The position numbers and the translations under genes were made by a program. A DNA stretch of 61,750 nucleotides, counting the filler. It is 4 parts of 4 records of this genome, joined end to end, with 100 filler letters (N's around TTAATTAATTAA, not from the genome) between each part and the next. Parts side by side here need not be neighbours in the genome. Positions count along the whole stretch, not along the records: positions 1 to 17,601 come from SRR2962707_4260; 3 more parts are not named here. The stretch is one strand, 5' to 3'. The notes below the pieces were generated by a model. The model saw only the letters and a program-made list of their open reading frames with translations, was not told where the DNA came from and did no database searches. Below are positions 1 to 9,846 of the stretch, in pieces (the first letter of the stretch is position 1; every line of letters starts with the position of its first letter).

Positions 1-244
1 GGAATCCGCAGTGATCGGCGTGCCGCATCCGGATTTCGGCGAAACCGTGGTGGGCGTTCTCGTGCCATCACCCGGCGCGCAGCCGGATCTTGACGCCATT
101 CAAGCGCGGATCAAAGACTGTCTGGCGCGTTTCAAACATCCCCGCAAGTTGGTGATCCTGCCGGAATTACCGCGCAATACCATGGGCAAGGTGCAGAAAA
201 AGGCGCTGCGCGATCAGTTCGGGGATATTTTCAACGGCACTTAA
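1..244 (+). CDS. matB: Acyl-CoA synthetase C-terminal fragment, probably malonyl-CoA synthetase (5' truncated by window edge)
   Basis: ESAVIGVPHPDFGE...LPRNTMGKVQKKALR: AMP-binding C-terminal domain with the A10 Lys motif, typical of MatB. Confidence 0.75.
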   Translation, partial: ESAVIGVPHPDFGETVVGVLVPSPGAQPDLDAIQARIKDCLARFKHPRKLVILPELPRNTMGKVQKKALRDQFGDIFNGT

Positions 245-658
245 GGGCTCATCGATTCTGTCGGCGTGCAGCTGTCCGCTGCGGGATGCCCCCTGCGTCG
301 ACCAGCTTTTTCGAAAACCCCGCGGACGTCTTGCCGGAACCACCAAAGGCCCGAAAGATGGCTCCCCAATGCCACCCAAACCAGCGCGATTGCGCAAGCA
401 AGTAACCCAGAACCACAAGCTACAGTTAAAGCCACAGAAAACCCGGCAACCACAGGCCAAGGGTTGTGCGTTTACTGCAAGAAAGACATACCCTGCAACT
501 CTATGCAGACCGACCCCATTGCAAGCGGTCGCCTTAATCCACCTTCGGCCAAACGAATTCGTCACACAAAGCAAAATGTGATGCGGTAACGGTAGCCGAC
601 CACGGTGGATCGCACTAAGATTAATAAAGATGAAGGGCGAGCAGGGAGACCCAGCCTG

Positions 659-2464
659 ATGTTACGGTTCAATCGCCTATCACGCGGGCTAGTCTTCTTC
701 GCGGTCTGCGCGCTATCGATGCCGGGGTCAGCGGATGCCCTCGACAAGGTGATATTCCGACTTGCCACCGAAAACGACGAATTACGCGCAAGTCTGCGTA
801 ACGCCTCTGCGCTGCAGACCGCGTTCGAAGATGAAAGGGTCACCGCACAGGATCTCTTTGCTGCGGCTTTGTCGGATTATGGTCGCCTGCTGGATGCGCT
901 TTATGCCAATGGCTATTATGGGCCTACCATCGATATTCTAATCGACGGCAGACAGGCCTCGGATATCCCGCTTCTTTCGGTGCCCACGCAGATCAGCGAC
1001 GTGCGCGTCATGATCGATCAGGGGCCGCTTTACCGGTTTGGCAAAGCGGAAATTATACCCCTGCCCCCGGGTGCCGAGCCGCAGACAGATTTTGAACCGA
1101 ATGATCGCGCACGCAGCGTCGAAGTGAGCAACGCACTGAGGGCCGCAATCGTATCCTGGCGGGATGCCGGTTATGCCAAGGCCAGCCTTGAAAGTCAGAG
1201 CGTCGTGGCAGATCACGCCCGCAGAAAGCTGGACGTGGCAATGCGGATCGCACCCGGACCGCTGGTGAAATTCGGAGAGATGCGGCGCACCCAGAAAAGC
1301 GCCGTTCGCACAACGGTCATCCGCAGGATCGCAGCGATCCCCGAGGGAACCCAGTTTTCCCCCGAGGTCCTGCGTCAGGCAGAACAGCGTCTGCGCCGCA
1401 CCGGGGCATTTTCATCGGTTGCATTGATCGAAGACGACAACATTGCCCCTGACGGCACGATGGATATCGGCGTCACGGTCGTAGATGCCAAACGGCGCCG
1501 TTTTGGCTTTGGTGCCGAGATTTCCAGCCTCGATGGCGTTACGGTGTCGAGTTTCTGGCTCAACCGAAATCTCTTTGGGGGGGCTGAGGCCCTTCGGATC
1601 GATGGCGAAGTGGCCAACATCGGATCTTCCGAGAGCGGGATGGACTATTCGCTGGGCGCACGGCTTGACGTGCCTGCTGTGCTGGGTCCAGAGACGGACG
1701 GCTTTCTCTACTCCGAGCTCGCGCATCTGGACGAATCGACCTACGTTTCTGACCGGATCGAGCTAGGCTTGGGTCTGAGCCGACAATATACCGAATTCCT
1801 GACAGCCGAGGCCGGAGCGAGCTTTGTCTACGCGGAAATATCGGATGATCTGGGTGACCGAACCTTTACCTTACTGACCTTTCCGGTGTCGGCGATACTG
1901 GACAAGCGTGATAGCGACCTCAATCCCACAAGTGGTTATTATATAGATGGCACCGTCAGGCCCTATCTGGGCCTTAGCGGCAGTCAATCCGGCGCCCGAC
2001 TACGAGGCGATGGACGCTATTACCTGCCTGTGGTTGAGGACAAGAGCCAAGTGTTCGCAACGCGCCTGCAATTCGGTTCAATCGTCGGTTCGGAACTAGA
2101 AGAGACGCTTCCGGAATACCTGTTTACCTCCGGTGGCGGCGGCACCGTGCGTGGACAGCCATACCAATCGCTCGACGTTGATCTTGGAGACGGCGATTCC
2201 AGTGGCGGGCGCAGCTTTATCGGGCTTTCCACCGAATACCGCACCAATCTGAGCGGAAATTTTGGTGCGGTCGCGTTCTACGACGCGGGCTATATCGGCG
2301 AAAATAGCTTTTATGACGGCTCTGGAAACTGGCAATCGGGTGCTGGCCTTGGCATCAGATACAACACCGGAATTGGACCGATCCGCTTTGATGTCGCGGC
2401 CCCGGTCAGCGGCGATACTGGCGACGGCGTTCAATTCTATATCGGCATAGGACAGGCATTTTGA
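659..2464 (+). CDS. tamA: Translocation and assembly module outer-membrane protein TamA (Omp85 family)
   Basis: Signal peptide after ATG 659 (GGGAG upstream), POTRA-like region, GGGGTVRG loop-6 motif, C-terminal GPIRFDVA...YIGIGQAF; overlaps tamB. Confidence 0.9.
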   Translation: MLRFNRLSRGLVFFAVCALSMPGSADALDKVIFRLATENDELRASLRNASALQTAFEDERVTAQDLFAAALSDYGRLLDALYANGYYGPTIDILIDGRQASDIPLLSVPTQISDVRVMIDQGPLYRFGKAEIIPLPPGAEPQTDFEPNDRARSVEVSNALRAAIVSWRDAGYAKASLESQSVVADHARRKLDVAMRIAPGPLVKFGEMRRTQKSAVRTTVIRRIAAIPEGTQFSPEVLRQAEQRLRRTGAFSSVALIEDDNIAPDGTMDIGVTVVDAKRRRFGFGAEISSLDGVTVSSFWLNRNLFGGAEALRIDGEVANIGSSESGMDYSLGARLDVPAVLGPETDGFLYSELAHLDESTYVSDRIELGLGLSRQYTEFLTAEAGASFVYAEISDDLGDRTFTLLTFPVSAILDKRDSDLNPTSGYYIDGTVRPYLGLSGSQSGARLRGDGRYYLPVVEDKSQVFATRLQFGSIVGSELEETLPEYLFTSGGGGTVRGQPYQSLDVDLGDGDSSGGRSFIGLSTEYRTNLSGNFGAVAFYDAGYIGENSFYDGSGNWQSGAGLGIRYNTGIGPIRFDVAAPVSGDTGDGVQFYIGIGQAF

Positions 2465-5400
2465 CTCGTATACGGTTCGGCCTTCTCTTCATCGTTGCGC
2501 TGTTTGCCACGCAGCCGGTGTTTTCACAGTCATCGTCAACCGATGAGGATGACCGCGGCTATATTCAGGCCCTGCTAGAGGACAGCCTGTCCGGCGAGGG
2601 TCGTCAAATCCGCATCGAAGGATTTTCCGGTGCGTTGTCGTCACGCGCGACAATTGAAGAGCTGTCAGTGGCAGATTCCGAAGGCGTCTGGATCACCTTG
2701 AAGGACGTTGGGCTATCGTGGAACCGCCTCGCATTGCTGCGCGGGCGGATCGAGATTGCCGAACTCTCTGCCAAAGAGGTGCTGTTGCCGCGCAAGCCCG
2801 TGTCCAGCACCACGCTCCCCGATCCTGAGGCAAAACCGTTCAGCCTGCCTGACCTGCCCGTATCCGTCGAAATCGAAGAGTTGAACATTGATCGCGCCGT
2901 TTTGGGAACGCCCATTCTGGGGGTCGCAGCAGAAGTTTCCGTTACCGGGTCCGCCAGTCTGGCGGACGGCGCTCTTGATGCCAATCTGCAGATTGATCGG
3001 ATTGACGGGCCGACTGGCGAGTTGTCGTTACAGGCGTCCTTTGCCAATGAAACGCGGGTTCTCTCGATCGATCTGAGTTTGACCGAAGATCCCGGTGGAA
3101 TTGTATCGACCCTGACCAAGCTGCCCGACAATCCGGGCATCGCGCTGACAATCAAGGGTGACGGCCCGCTGGACGATTTCGCGGCGGACCTATCGCTCGC
3201 TACGGATGGTACAGAAAGGCTTAATGGCAACCTGACACTGGCCGCCATGCCTAAGGACGGGCCCGAGGGCAGCGCCTTTACCGCCACGCTGTCCGGGGAC
3301 ATGCGCCCGATGCTGCCGCCCGAAAACCACGACTTCTTTGGTCCTGACCTGAACCTGGACGTGCAGGGCCAGACACTGTCAGACGGGCGACTGATCCTGA
3401 CCACGCTGGACATGACGACCCAATCCTTTGCCCTTACCGGCAACCTCTCACTAGGCCCCGATAAGTGGCCACAAGAGGTGCAACTGACTGGACGAGTTGC
3501 AAATGCTGCCGGGGGTGCGCTTTTGCTGCCCCTGCCGGGGGTAGAGACGCGGATCGATAGCGTCGACCTTGATGTTACCTTTGACGCTGCCGACAGCGAC
3601 AGCTGGAATGCTAAAATTGTGCTAGAAGGGTTGGATCGTCCCGACGTCAAGTTGGCACAGGCCCAGTTGAACGGTCAGGGCAATCTCGTCCAGGGCGAAG
3701 GCACGGCGATTGGTAACGTTGCCGGGCAGTTTGACATCGACGTCTCCGGACTGGTCCCCACCGATGCTGATATGGCAAGTGCCCTTGGCGAGGCGTTCAC
3801 CGGCGACATCGTGTTTTCCTGGAACGAAGGTGCGTCCCTGGATCTTGCCCCGATCACACTGTCTGGGGCGGGGATCGACTTAACCGGGTCCCTACAAATC
3901 TCCGGTCTGACGGGCACGCTTGCGCCGCAGATCAGCGGAGACGCGGAATTGGCTGCGGCCGACATTTCGCGGTTTTCCGGTCTGGCCGGTCGTGAACTGG
4001 GCGGCGGCGTGGACGTCACCCTGACGGGGTCGACCAAACCGTTGGACGGCGCCTTTGACGCGACAATCAATGGTACGACCCGCGATCTGGTCACCGGCGT
4101 CGCCGAAGCGGACCGCGTCCTGGCAAGTGATGCGACACTGTCGATCGACGCCGTGCGCGACGAAAACGGCGTCCTGTTGCGCGCTTTGAACGTCGAGGCA
4201 ACCGGCGGTACGATCAGCGCCCAAGGTAGCCTCAAGACCGGCGATAGCTCCGCAAGCTTTGACGTGGCCTTGAACGACACCGCACTCGTGGTTCCGGAAC
4301 TCAGCGGCCCTGCCCGGGTACAGGGCAACCTGGACCAGGCAGGCACGCACTGGACGCTTGACACAACAGCAACCGGCCCCGGCGGCGCGGACATCCGCGC
4401 GACCATCCTCGCCAACTACGAAGCGGGCACGTTGAGCGACATCAACGGCAACGGCACCGTCAAAGCCAACGATATTGCGCCCTATGGCGTTTTTGCCCAA
4501 CGTGACATCGGCGGTGCGGTAGATCTGTCCGGGTCTGGGTCTTTTGATCCCGCAACACAGTTCTTTTCGGCAAACCTGAGCGGCAGCGCAACCGACGTGA
4601 AATCGGATGTGTCCCAGATCGACGCCCTTTTGACCGGTCGGACGACAATCGCCCTGGAGGCTGAGCGGGACGCCGAGGGTATCATCCTGCGCAATCTGGA
4701 TCTTCGGGCATCAGGCATCACAGCCGTGGGAACAGGACAGCAGACCGATGACGGGATGCTGTCGCAATTTGATATCCGCCTTCCCGATGCGTCGCGGGTA
4801 GATCCGCGCCTGAACGGCGCAGCACAGGTGCAAGGGACACTAAAACAGGTTGGCACCACCTATACGCTCGATACCCAGGCCACCGGACCGGGCGGTCTGG
4901 ATATAGATGCAACCGTTACTGGCGAATACGCCAATGCCATTCTGGGCAAGCTGCAAGGCCGCGGCACGGCCAAAGCCGATACTTTGGCACCCTACGCGGG
5001 GCTGGTGAACCGCCCCATCGGGGGCAGCCTTAATGTTCAAGGATCGGGGAGCTATGATGCACGCGACGCCACTTTTGCGGCTGACGTGACCGGCACCGCC
5101 CAGAATCTGCGCAGCGGGATAGACGCCGTGGACAAGTTGGTGGAGGGGCAGACCACACTTGCCCTGAATGCACAACGCGACGGCCAAGGCGTGATCACAG
5201 TTCAGGGATTTGAACTCTCTACTGCGCAGATTGATGCCACCGTCAGCGGCGCGCTTGGGACTGCCTCCAGCAACCTCACCTATGATGTGCAGCTGCGGGA
5301 TCTGGGGCTGTTCGCGTCCGGATTCAGGGGCGCCGCCTCAGCCACCGGTACTGCAAGCACCCAAGGAGACGGCGATTACCGCATCGATGCGGCGGTTACC

Positions 5401-6753
5401 GGTCCCGGCGGCACCAATGCGCAGGTCAGCGGCACTGTCGCACCGGACGGCAGCAACGCAGACGTTACGGCCACAGGCAGCGCGCCGCTCGCGCTCGCCA
5501 ATAGGTTTCTTGAGCCGAGAATTCTGAACGGTACTGCCGACTTTGATCTGCGTCTGAATGGTGCGCTGGGGCTGAGCGCCTTGTCCGGCACACTGCGGAC
5601 GGCCGGATCCAACATGGTGCTGCCATCCGCACCGTTGAACCTGAATGACATCAACGCGACGGTCACGCTGAATGACGGGCGCGCGAACCTGGACTTGACC
5701 ACCGACGCCTCAACCGGCGGCACGATTTCCGTGCGCGGCCCGGTCAATCTGACCGCGCCGTTCAACGGGGATCTGAATATCGGGCTGAATACCGTCGCAA
5801 TTACTGATCCCGGTTTCTATGAAACCGAGATCAGTGGCAATCTGTCTCTGGCCGGGCCTCTGGCATCGACCGCCTCGCTAGAGGGTACGCTCCAGATGAC
5901 ACAGGTCGAAATCCGCGTGCCCGACACGGGACTTGGGACGACGGGTGGCAACTTTGCGCTGCGCCATATCAACGAATCCGCAGCATCACGCACAACGCGT
6001 GCTCGGGCCGGGCGGCTCGAAACGGATACGGCGGACACAGGCGAAGGCGGCGGCCTGAATTATCGTTTGAACGTGCTGGTAGAAGCACCTCAAGAGATCT
6101 TTGTCCGTGGCCGTGGGCTGGACGCTGAACTTGGTGGTGAAATCCGCCTGCGCGGCACCCTGTCGGATATTGTGCCCGATGGGCGTTTCGATCTGGTGCG
6201 CGGGCGTCTGGATATCCTGGGCCAGCGGATCGAATTGGATGAGGCTTCGATCGTGATGCGCGGCACGCTCGTCCCGACGCTATACGTCTTGGCCACGACA
6301 GAGCGGGAAGACACCACGATCAGCTTTGAGATAAGCGGTTTGGCGTCTGACCCGGATGTCACCATTTCGTCCAGCCCCGATCGCCCGGAAGAGGAAGTTC
6401 TGGCACTCTTGCTGTTTGGCCGCGACGTGACGCAGATTTCGGCCTTTCAGGCACTGCGCCTCGCCTCGGCAATCAATACGCTTGTGGGCTCGGGCGGCGA
6501 CGGCATTGTCGAGAGGCTGCGGCTGGGCTTTGGACTTGATGATCTGGATATTGCGACCGCCGAGGACGGCACCACCGAACTGCGGGTCGGTAAATACCTG
6601 ACAGAGAACGTCTATACCGATGTCACCGTGGGCGCAGAGGGTGAGAGCGAAATAAGCCTGAACCTGGACATCACCCCGTCGCTCACCGCCCGGGGAACGG
6701 CGTCATCGGACGGGACCACTGGCCTCGGAATCTTCTTTGAAAAGGATTACTGA
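2461..6753 (+). CDS. tamB: Translocation and assembly module TamB (DUF490)
   Basis: 1430 aa, N-terminal anchor, G/D/T-rich beta-taco body, C-terminal IFVRGRGLDAELGG...GKYLTENVY...GIFFEKDY; directly follows tamA. Confidence 0.9.
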   Translation: MTRIRFGLLFIVALFATQPVFSQSSSTDEDDRGYIQALLEDSLSGEGRQIRIEGFSGALSSRATIEELSVADSEGVWITLKDVGLSWNRLALLRGRIEIAELSAKEVLLPRKPVSSTTLPDPEAKPFSLPDLPVSVEIEELNIDRAVLGTPILGVAAEVSVTGSASLADGALDANLQIDRIDGPTGELSLQASFANETRVLSIDLSLTEDPGGIVSTLTKLPDNPGIALTIKGDGPLDDFAADLSLATDGTERLNGNLTLAAMPKDGPEGSAFTATLSGDMRPMLPPENHDFFGPDLNLDVQGQTLSDGRLILTTLDMTTQSFALTGNLSLGPDKWPQEVQLTGRVANAAGGALLLPLPGVETRIDSVDLDVTFDAADSDSWNAKIVLEGLDRPDVKLAQAQLNGQGNLVQGEGTAIGNVAGQFDIDVSGLVPTDADMASALGEAFTGDIVFSWNEGASLDLAPITLSGAGIDLTGSLQISGLTGTLAPQISGDAELAAADISRFSGLAGRELGGGVDVTLTGSTKPLDGAFDATINGTTRDLVTGVAEADRVLASDATLSIDAVRDENGVLLRALNVEATGGTISAQGSLKTGDSSASFDVALNDTALVVPELSGPARVQGNLDQAGTHWTLDTTATGPGGADIRATILANYEAGTLSDINGNGTVKANDIAPYGVFAQRDIGGAVDLSGSGSFDPATQFFSANLSGSATDVKSDVSQIDALLTGRTTIALEAERDAEGIILRNLDLRASGITAVGTGQQTDDGMLSQFDIRLPDASRVDPRLNGAAQVQGTLKQVGTTYTLDTQATGPGGLDIDATVTGEYANAILGKLQGRGTAKADTLAPYAGLVNRPIGGSLNVQGSGSYDARDATFAADVTGTAQNLRSGIDAVDKLVEGQTTLALNAQRDGQGVITVQGFELSTAQIDATVSGALGTASSNLTYDVQLRDLGLFASGFRGAASATGTASTQGDGDYRIDAAVTGPGGTNAQVSGTVAPDGSNADVTATGSAPLALANRFLEPRILNGTADFDLRLNGALGLSALSGTLRTAGSNMVLPSAPLNLNDINATVTLNDGRANLDLTTDASTGGTISVRGPVNLTAPFNGDLNIGLNTVAITDPGFYETEISGNLSLAGPLASTASLEGTLQMTQVEIRVPDTGLGTTGGNFALRHINESAASRTTRARAGRLETDTADTGEGGGLNYRLNVLVEAPQEIFVRGRGLDAELGGEIRLRGTLSDIVPDGRFDLVRGRLDILGQRIELDEASIVMRGTLVPTLYVLATTEREDTTISFEISGLASDPDVTISSSPDRPEEEVLALLLFGRDVTQISAFQALRLASAINTLVGSGGDGIVERLRLGFGLDDLDIATAEDGTTELRVGKYLTENVYTDVTVGAEGESEISLNLDITPSLTARGTASSDGTTGLGIFFEKDY

Positions 6754-6812
6754 TCCAGTCCGTTACGGTCTGTCACGGCTTGTGGTTGCAATTCTTGGAA
6801 TTTCCTGCGGAC

Positions 6813-7298
6813 CTAGTTGCGATGATCCTGGCGTAGAATATCGCCAGTGGTCAAGACAGGTTCTGCAGGCATGTCGGATGCATCCAGCATACCTGCCACG
6901 CGTTCCAGTACGGCGACAATCATCGACTGCTCCCAATCGGCCAGACTTTCGAACTGGGTGACATAGCGTTGTTGCAGCGCGTCAGGTGCAACGTTGACCT
7001 TATCCACCCCCGCATCAGTTATTTTCAGGTCTGTCTGGCGCCGGTCGGTCTGGGACTTGTGGCGTTCCAACAAGCCGTACCTTTCTAGTTTCTTGATCAG
7101 GGCAGAGATGGTCGCCTGGGATACCCCCATGCGGTTCGCAATCTCTGTTGGGGTGCTATGTCCCTTCTCGGCCACGATCTGAAGCACGCGCAATTGAACA
7201 GCCGTCAGCCCTGCATCCCGTGCAAGGACACGACCGAAGAGTTCGGTGGCGCGCAGGATACGCCGCAAAGCGATAAGGCTGGTATCGGTCCTGTCCAT
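6813..7298 (-). CDS. ectR: MarR-family regulator of ectoine synthesis (EctR/CosR type)
   Basis: MDRTDTSLIALRRILRA...GLTAVQLRVL...DRR winged-helix motifs; divergent from ectA; likely start ATG 7298 rather than 7391. Confidence 0.85.
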   Translation of the reverse strand: MDRTDTSLIALRRILRATELFGRVLARDAGLTAVQLRVLQIVAEKGHSTPTEIANRMGVSQATISALIKKLERYGLLERHKSQTDRRQTDLKITDAGVDKVNVAPDALQQRYVTQFESLADWEQSMIVAVLERVAGMLDASDMPAEPVLTTGDILRQDHRN

Positions 7299-7492
7299 GG
7301 CTATCTCATCTGGTGAACGACGAACCTTACGCCGAGACGGTGGGGGCGCGCAACGCCCAGAAATACTTTGTAATCTGTTTTTATATAGCACCTAAAAACC
7401 ATGTAAAACTAAGCTTTTCTCCACAAACACACTGGAAAAATTTGCGAAAAATATCAATTTCCTCTGTGAAAAGGCCTAACCTAAATCTTTAT

Positions 7493-7511
7493 TACTTTGA
7501 CTGTTGAAGTA
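7493..7511. promoter_or_regulatory. Imperfect palindrome, candidate EctR operator overlapping a TTGACT -35-like hexamer
   Basis: TACTTtgACtGTtgAAGTA in the AT-rich ectR-ectA intergenic region; TTGACT at 7497-7502. Confidence 0.5.
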
Positions 7512-7571
7512 TTATCGAAAGCAAACTACTTAGCCAAGCATACCAAATTCAATCAATCCGAGGTACTCCCC

Positions 7572-8102
7572 GTGCAAACACTGCAAAGCGTAAAGGCCAA
7601 AGGCGCCGTGACTTTTCGCAAACCCGTCCGCGAGGATGGTGCAGAGATCTGGGAGTTGATTCGCGACTGTAAGCCGCTCGATGAAAATTCCATGTATGCA
7701 AACCTGCTGCAGTCCGACCACTTTCGTGACACCTGCGTCGTGGCGGAAATGGATGGGGCAATCGTTGGATGGATCTCGGCGTACCTTATGCCGCAGGATG
7801 CGGATTGTGTTTTCGTCTGGCAGGTGGCGGTATCGCCCAATGCACGCGGTGTTGGGTTGGGGACGCGTATGTTGGACGCGCTGATGCGGCGCGACGAAAC
7901 GGCAAATGCCAAACGCATGCAGACCACTATCACGCTGAACAATGATGCCTCATGGGCGCTGTTCCGAAAATTTGCCAGCAAGAGCGGTGCAGATCTGTCA
8001 TCCGAGGCGCATTTTACCCGTGACACACATTTCCAAGGCGAACATGCCACCGAACACATGGTCACCATATTTTTTCGAGAGGCGCTGAAGAGCGTCGCCT
8101 GA
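7572..8102 (+). CDS. ectA: Diaminobutyrate acetyltransferase
   Basis: PLDENSMY, FVWQVAV, TTITLNNDASWALF, EHATE motifs; GTG 7572 preceded by GAGGT. Confidence 0.95.
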   Translation: MQTLQSVKAKGAVTFRKPVREDGAEIWELIRDCKPLDENSMYANLLQSDHFRDTCVVAEMDGAIVGWISAYLMPQDADCVFVWQVAVSPNARGVGLGTRMLDALMRRDETANAKRMQTTITLNNDASWALFRKFASKSGADLSSEAHFTRDTHFQGEHATEHMVTIFFREALKSVA

Positions 8103-8152
8103 CCAAGGCAAGACGCCCAGCCTCTCTCCTACCAAAAACAAAGGAATGCCTT

Positions 8153-9436
8153 ATGTCTTCTGAGACACAGAAAACTGTTTTCAAAACTCGTGAAAGCCAG
8201 GTGCGCAGCTATTGCCGCAGCTTTGACACCGTGTTCACCAAAGCCTCTGGGTCGGAAATGATCGATACAGATGGCCGGACCTACATCGACTTTCTGGCTG
8301 GCTGTTCATCGCTTAACTACGGGCATAATGATCCGGATATGAAGCAGGCCCTGATTGACCACATCACAGCGGATGGCATATCGCACGGCCTGGATATGTA
8401 CACAGACACCAAGGCGAAGTTCCTGCAGACCTTCGAAGAGGTCATCCTCAAACCCCGCGGCATGGACCACAAGGTGATGATGACCGGACCGACAGGCACC
8501 AACGCTGTCGAAGCGGCTATGAAGCTGGCCCGCAAGGTTACAGGGCGTCGCAACATCATCGCGTTTACCAATGGCTTTCACGGCATGACCATTGGTGCGC
8601 TGGCCGCGACCGGCAACCTCGGCAAACGCGGCGGTGCCGGTCCGGTATCGCTAGGTGACGTGACCCGCATGCCGTTCGAAGGATCGCTGGGCGATATCGA
8701 CACCCTGCAGGTAATCGAAGCCATGCTTGACAACCCGTCAGGCGGAATCGAAGCGCCTGCCGCCTTTCTGGTAGAACCGGTACAGGGCGAAGGCGGGTTG
8801 AACGCCGCGTCCGCCGAATGGATGGAAGGCATTGCCCGTATCGCCAAAAAGCACGGTGCCCTGTTCATTGTGGATGACATTCAGGCGGGTTGCGGGCGGA
8901 CCGGAACATTCTTTTCGTTTGAAAATATGAACTTTCAACCGGACCTGATCCCCCTCGCCAAAAGCTTTTCGGGAATGGGCCTGCCTTTTGCCGCCTTGCT
9001 GATCAAGCCCGAGTTGGACATCTGGAAGCCCGCCGAACACAACGGCACCTTTCGTGGCAACACCCATGCGTTTGTCACCGCACGCGTGGCATTGGAAAAG
9101 TTCTGGAGCGACAGTGCCTTTCAAGAGAGTCTCGCCGACAAGGCACTGATCCTGACCGCCGGCCTGCAGGCCGTCGCGGATGAGGTCGCTGGCGCCACGC
9201 TCAAAGGTCGCGGTTTGATGCAGGGTGTTGATGTCGGCTCTGGCGAGCTTGCCGGCGACATCTGTGCACGGTGCTTTGAAAAGGGCCTGATCATCGAAAC
9301 ATCAGGCGCCCATGACGAAGTGGTCAAAGTGCTGGCCCCCCTCACGACGCCGACCGAGACGTTCCAAAAGGGGCTTGAGATACTTCTTGATGCCACGCGG
9401 GACATCACGGCACACCACCAAATCGCAGCGGAGTAA
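8153..9436 (+). CDS. ectB: Diaminobutyrate-2-oxoglutarate transaminase
   Basis: [47 protein letters not shown] class III aminotransferase motifs. Confidence 0.97.
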   Translation: MSSETQKTVFKTRESQVRSYCRSFDTVFTKASGSEMIDTDGRTYIDFLAGCSSLNYGHNDPDMKQALIDHITADGISHGLDMYTDTKAKFLQTFEEVILKPRGMDHKVMMTGPTGTNAVEAAMKLARKVTGRRNIIAFTNGFHGMTIGALAATGNLGKRGGAGPVSLGDVTRMPFEGSLGDIDTLQVIEAMLDNPSGGIEAPAAFLVEPVQGEGGLNAASAEWMEGIARIAKKHGALFIVDDIQAGCGRTGTFFSFENMNFQPDLIPLAKSFSGMGLPFAALLIKPELDIWKPAEHNGTFRGNTHAFVTARVALEKFWSDSAFQESLADKALILTAGLQAVADEVAGATLKGRGLMQGVDVGSGELAGDICARCFEKGLIIETSGAHDEVVKVLAPLTTPTETFQKGLEILLDATRDITAHHQIAAE

Positions 9437-9441
9437 CTGAC

Positions 9442-9834
9442 ATGATTGTACGCGATGTAAACAAACTCAAAGACACCGACCGCGCCGTTTCGGACGCCGA
9501 CTGGACATCCGTTCGGATGCTGCTGGCCGACGATAAAATGGGTTTTTCGTTCCATATCACCTACCTGAAGGCAGGCTCAGAGCACACGTTCCACTACAAG
9601 AACCACTTTGAAAGCGTGTATTGCATGGCGGGAAAGGGATCGATCACCGACCTCGCTACCGGTGAGACACACGAGATCACGCCCGGCGTCATGTACGCGC
9701 TGGACCTGCACGACCAACATACACTGCGCGCCGAAGACGAGCTGATCATGGCCTGCTGTTTCAATCCGCCGGTCACTGGCACAGAGGTTCACCAGGCTGA
9801 CGGTTCTTATGCCGCGCCCGAAGAGGCTGCGTAA
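9442..9834 (+). CDS. ectC: Ectoine synthase
   Basis: MIVRD...MGFSFHIT...[10 protein letters not shown]...[11 protein letters not shown] cupin signature. Confidence 0.97.
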   Translation: MIVRDVNKLKDTDRAVSDADWTSVRMLLADDKMGFSFHITYLKAGSEHTFHYKNHFESVYCMAGKGSITDLATGETHEITPGVMYALDLHDQHTLRAEDELIMACCFNPPVTGTEVHQADGSYAAPEEAA

Positions 9835-9846
9835 GCAGGGGACAAT

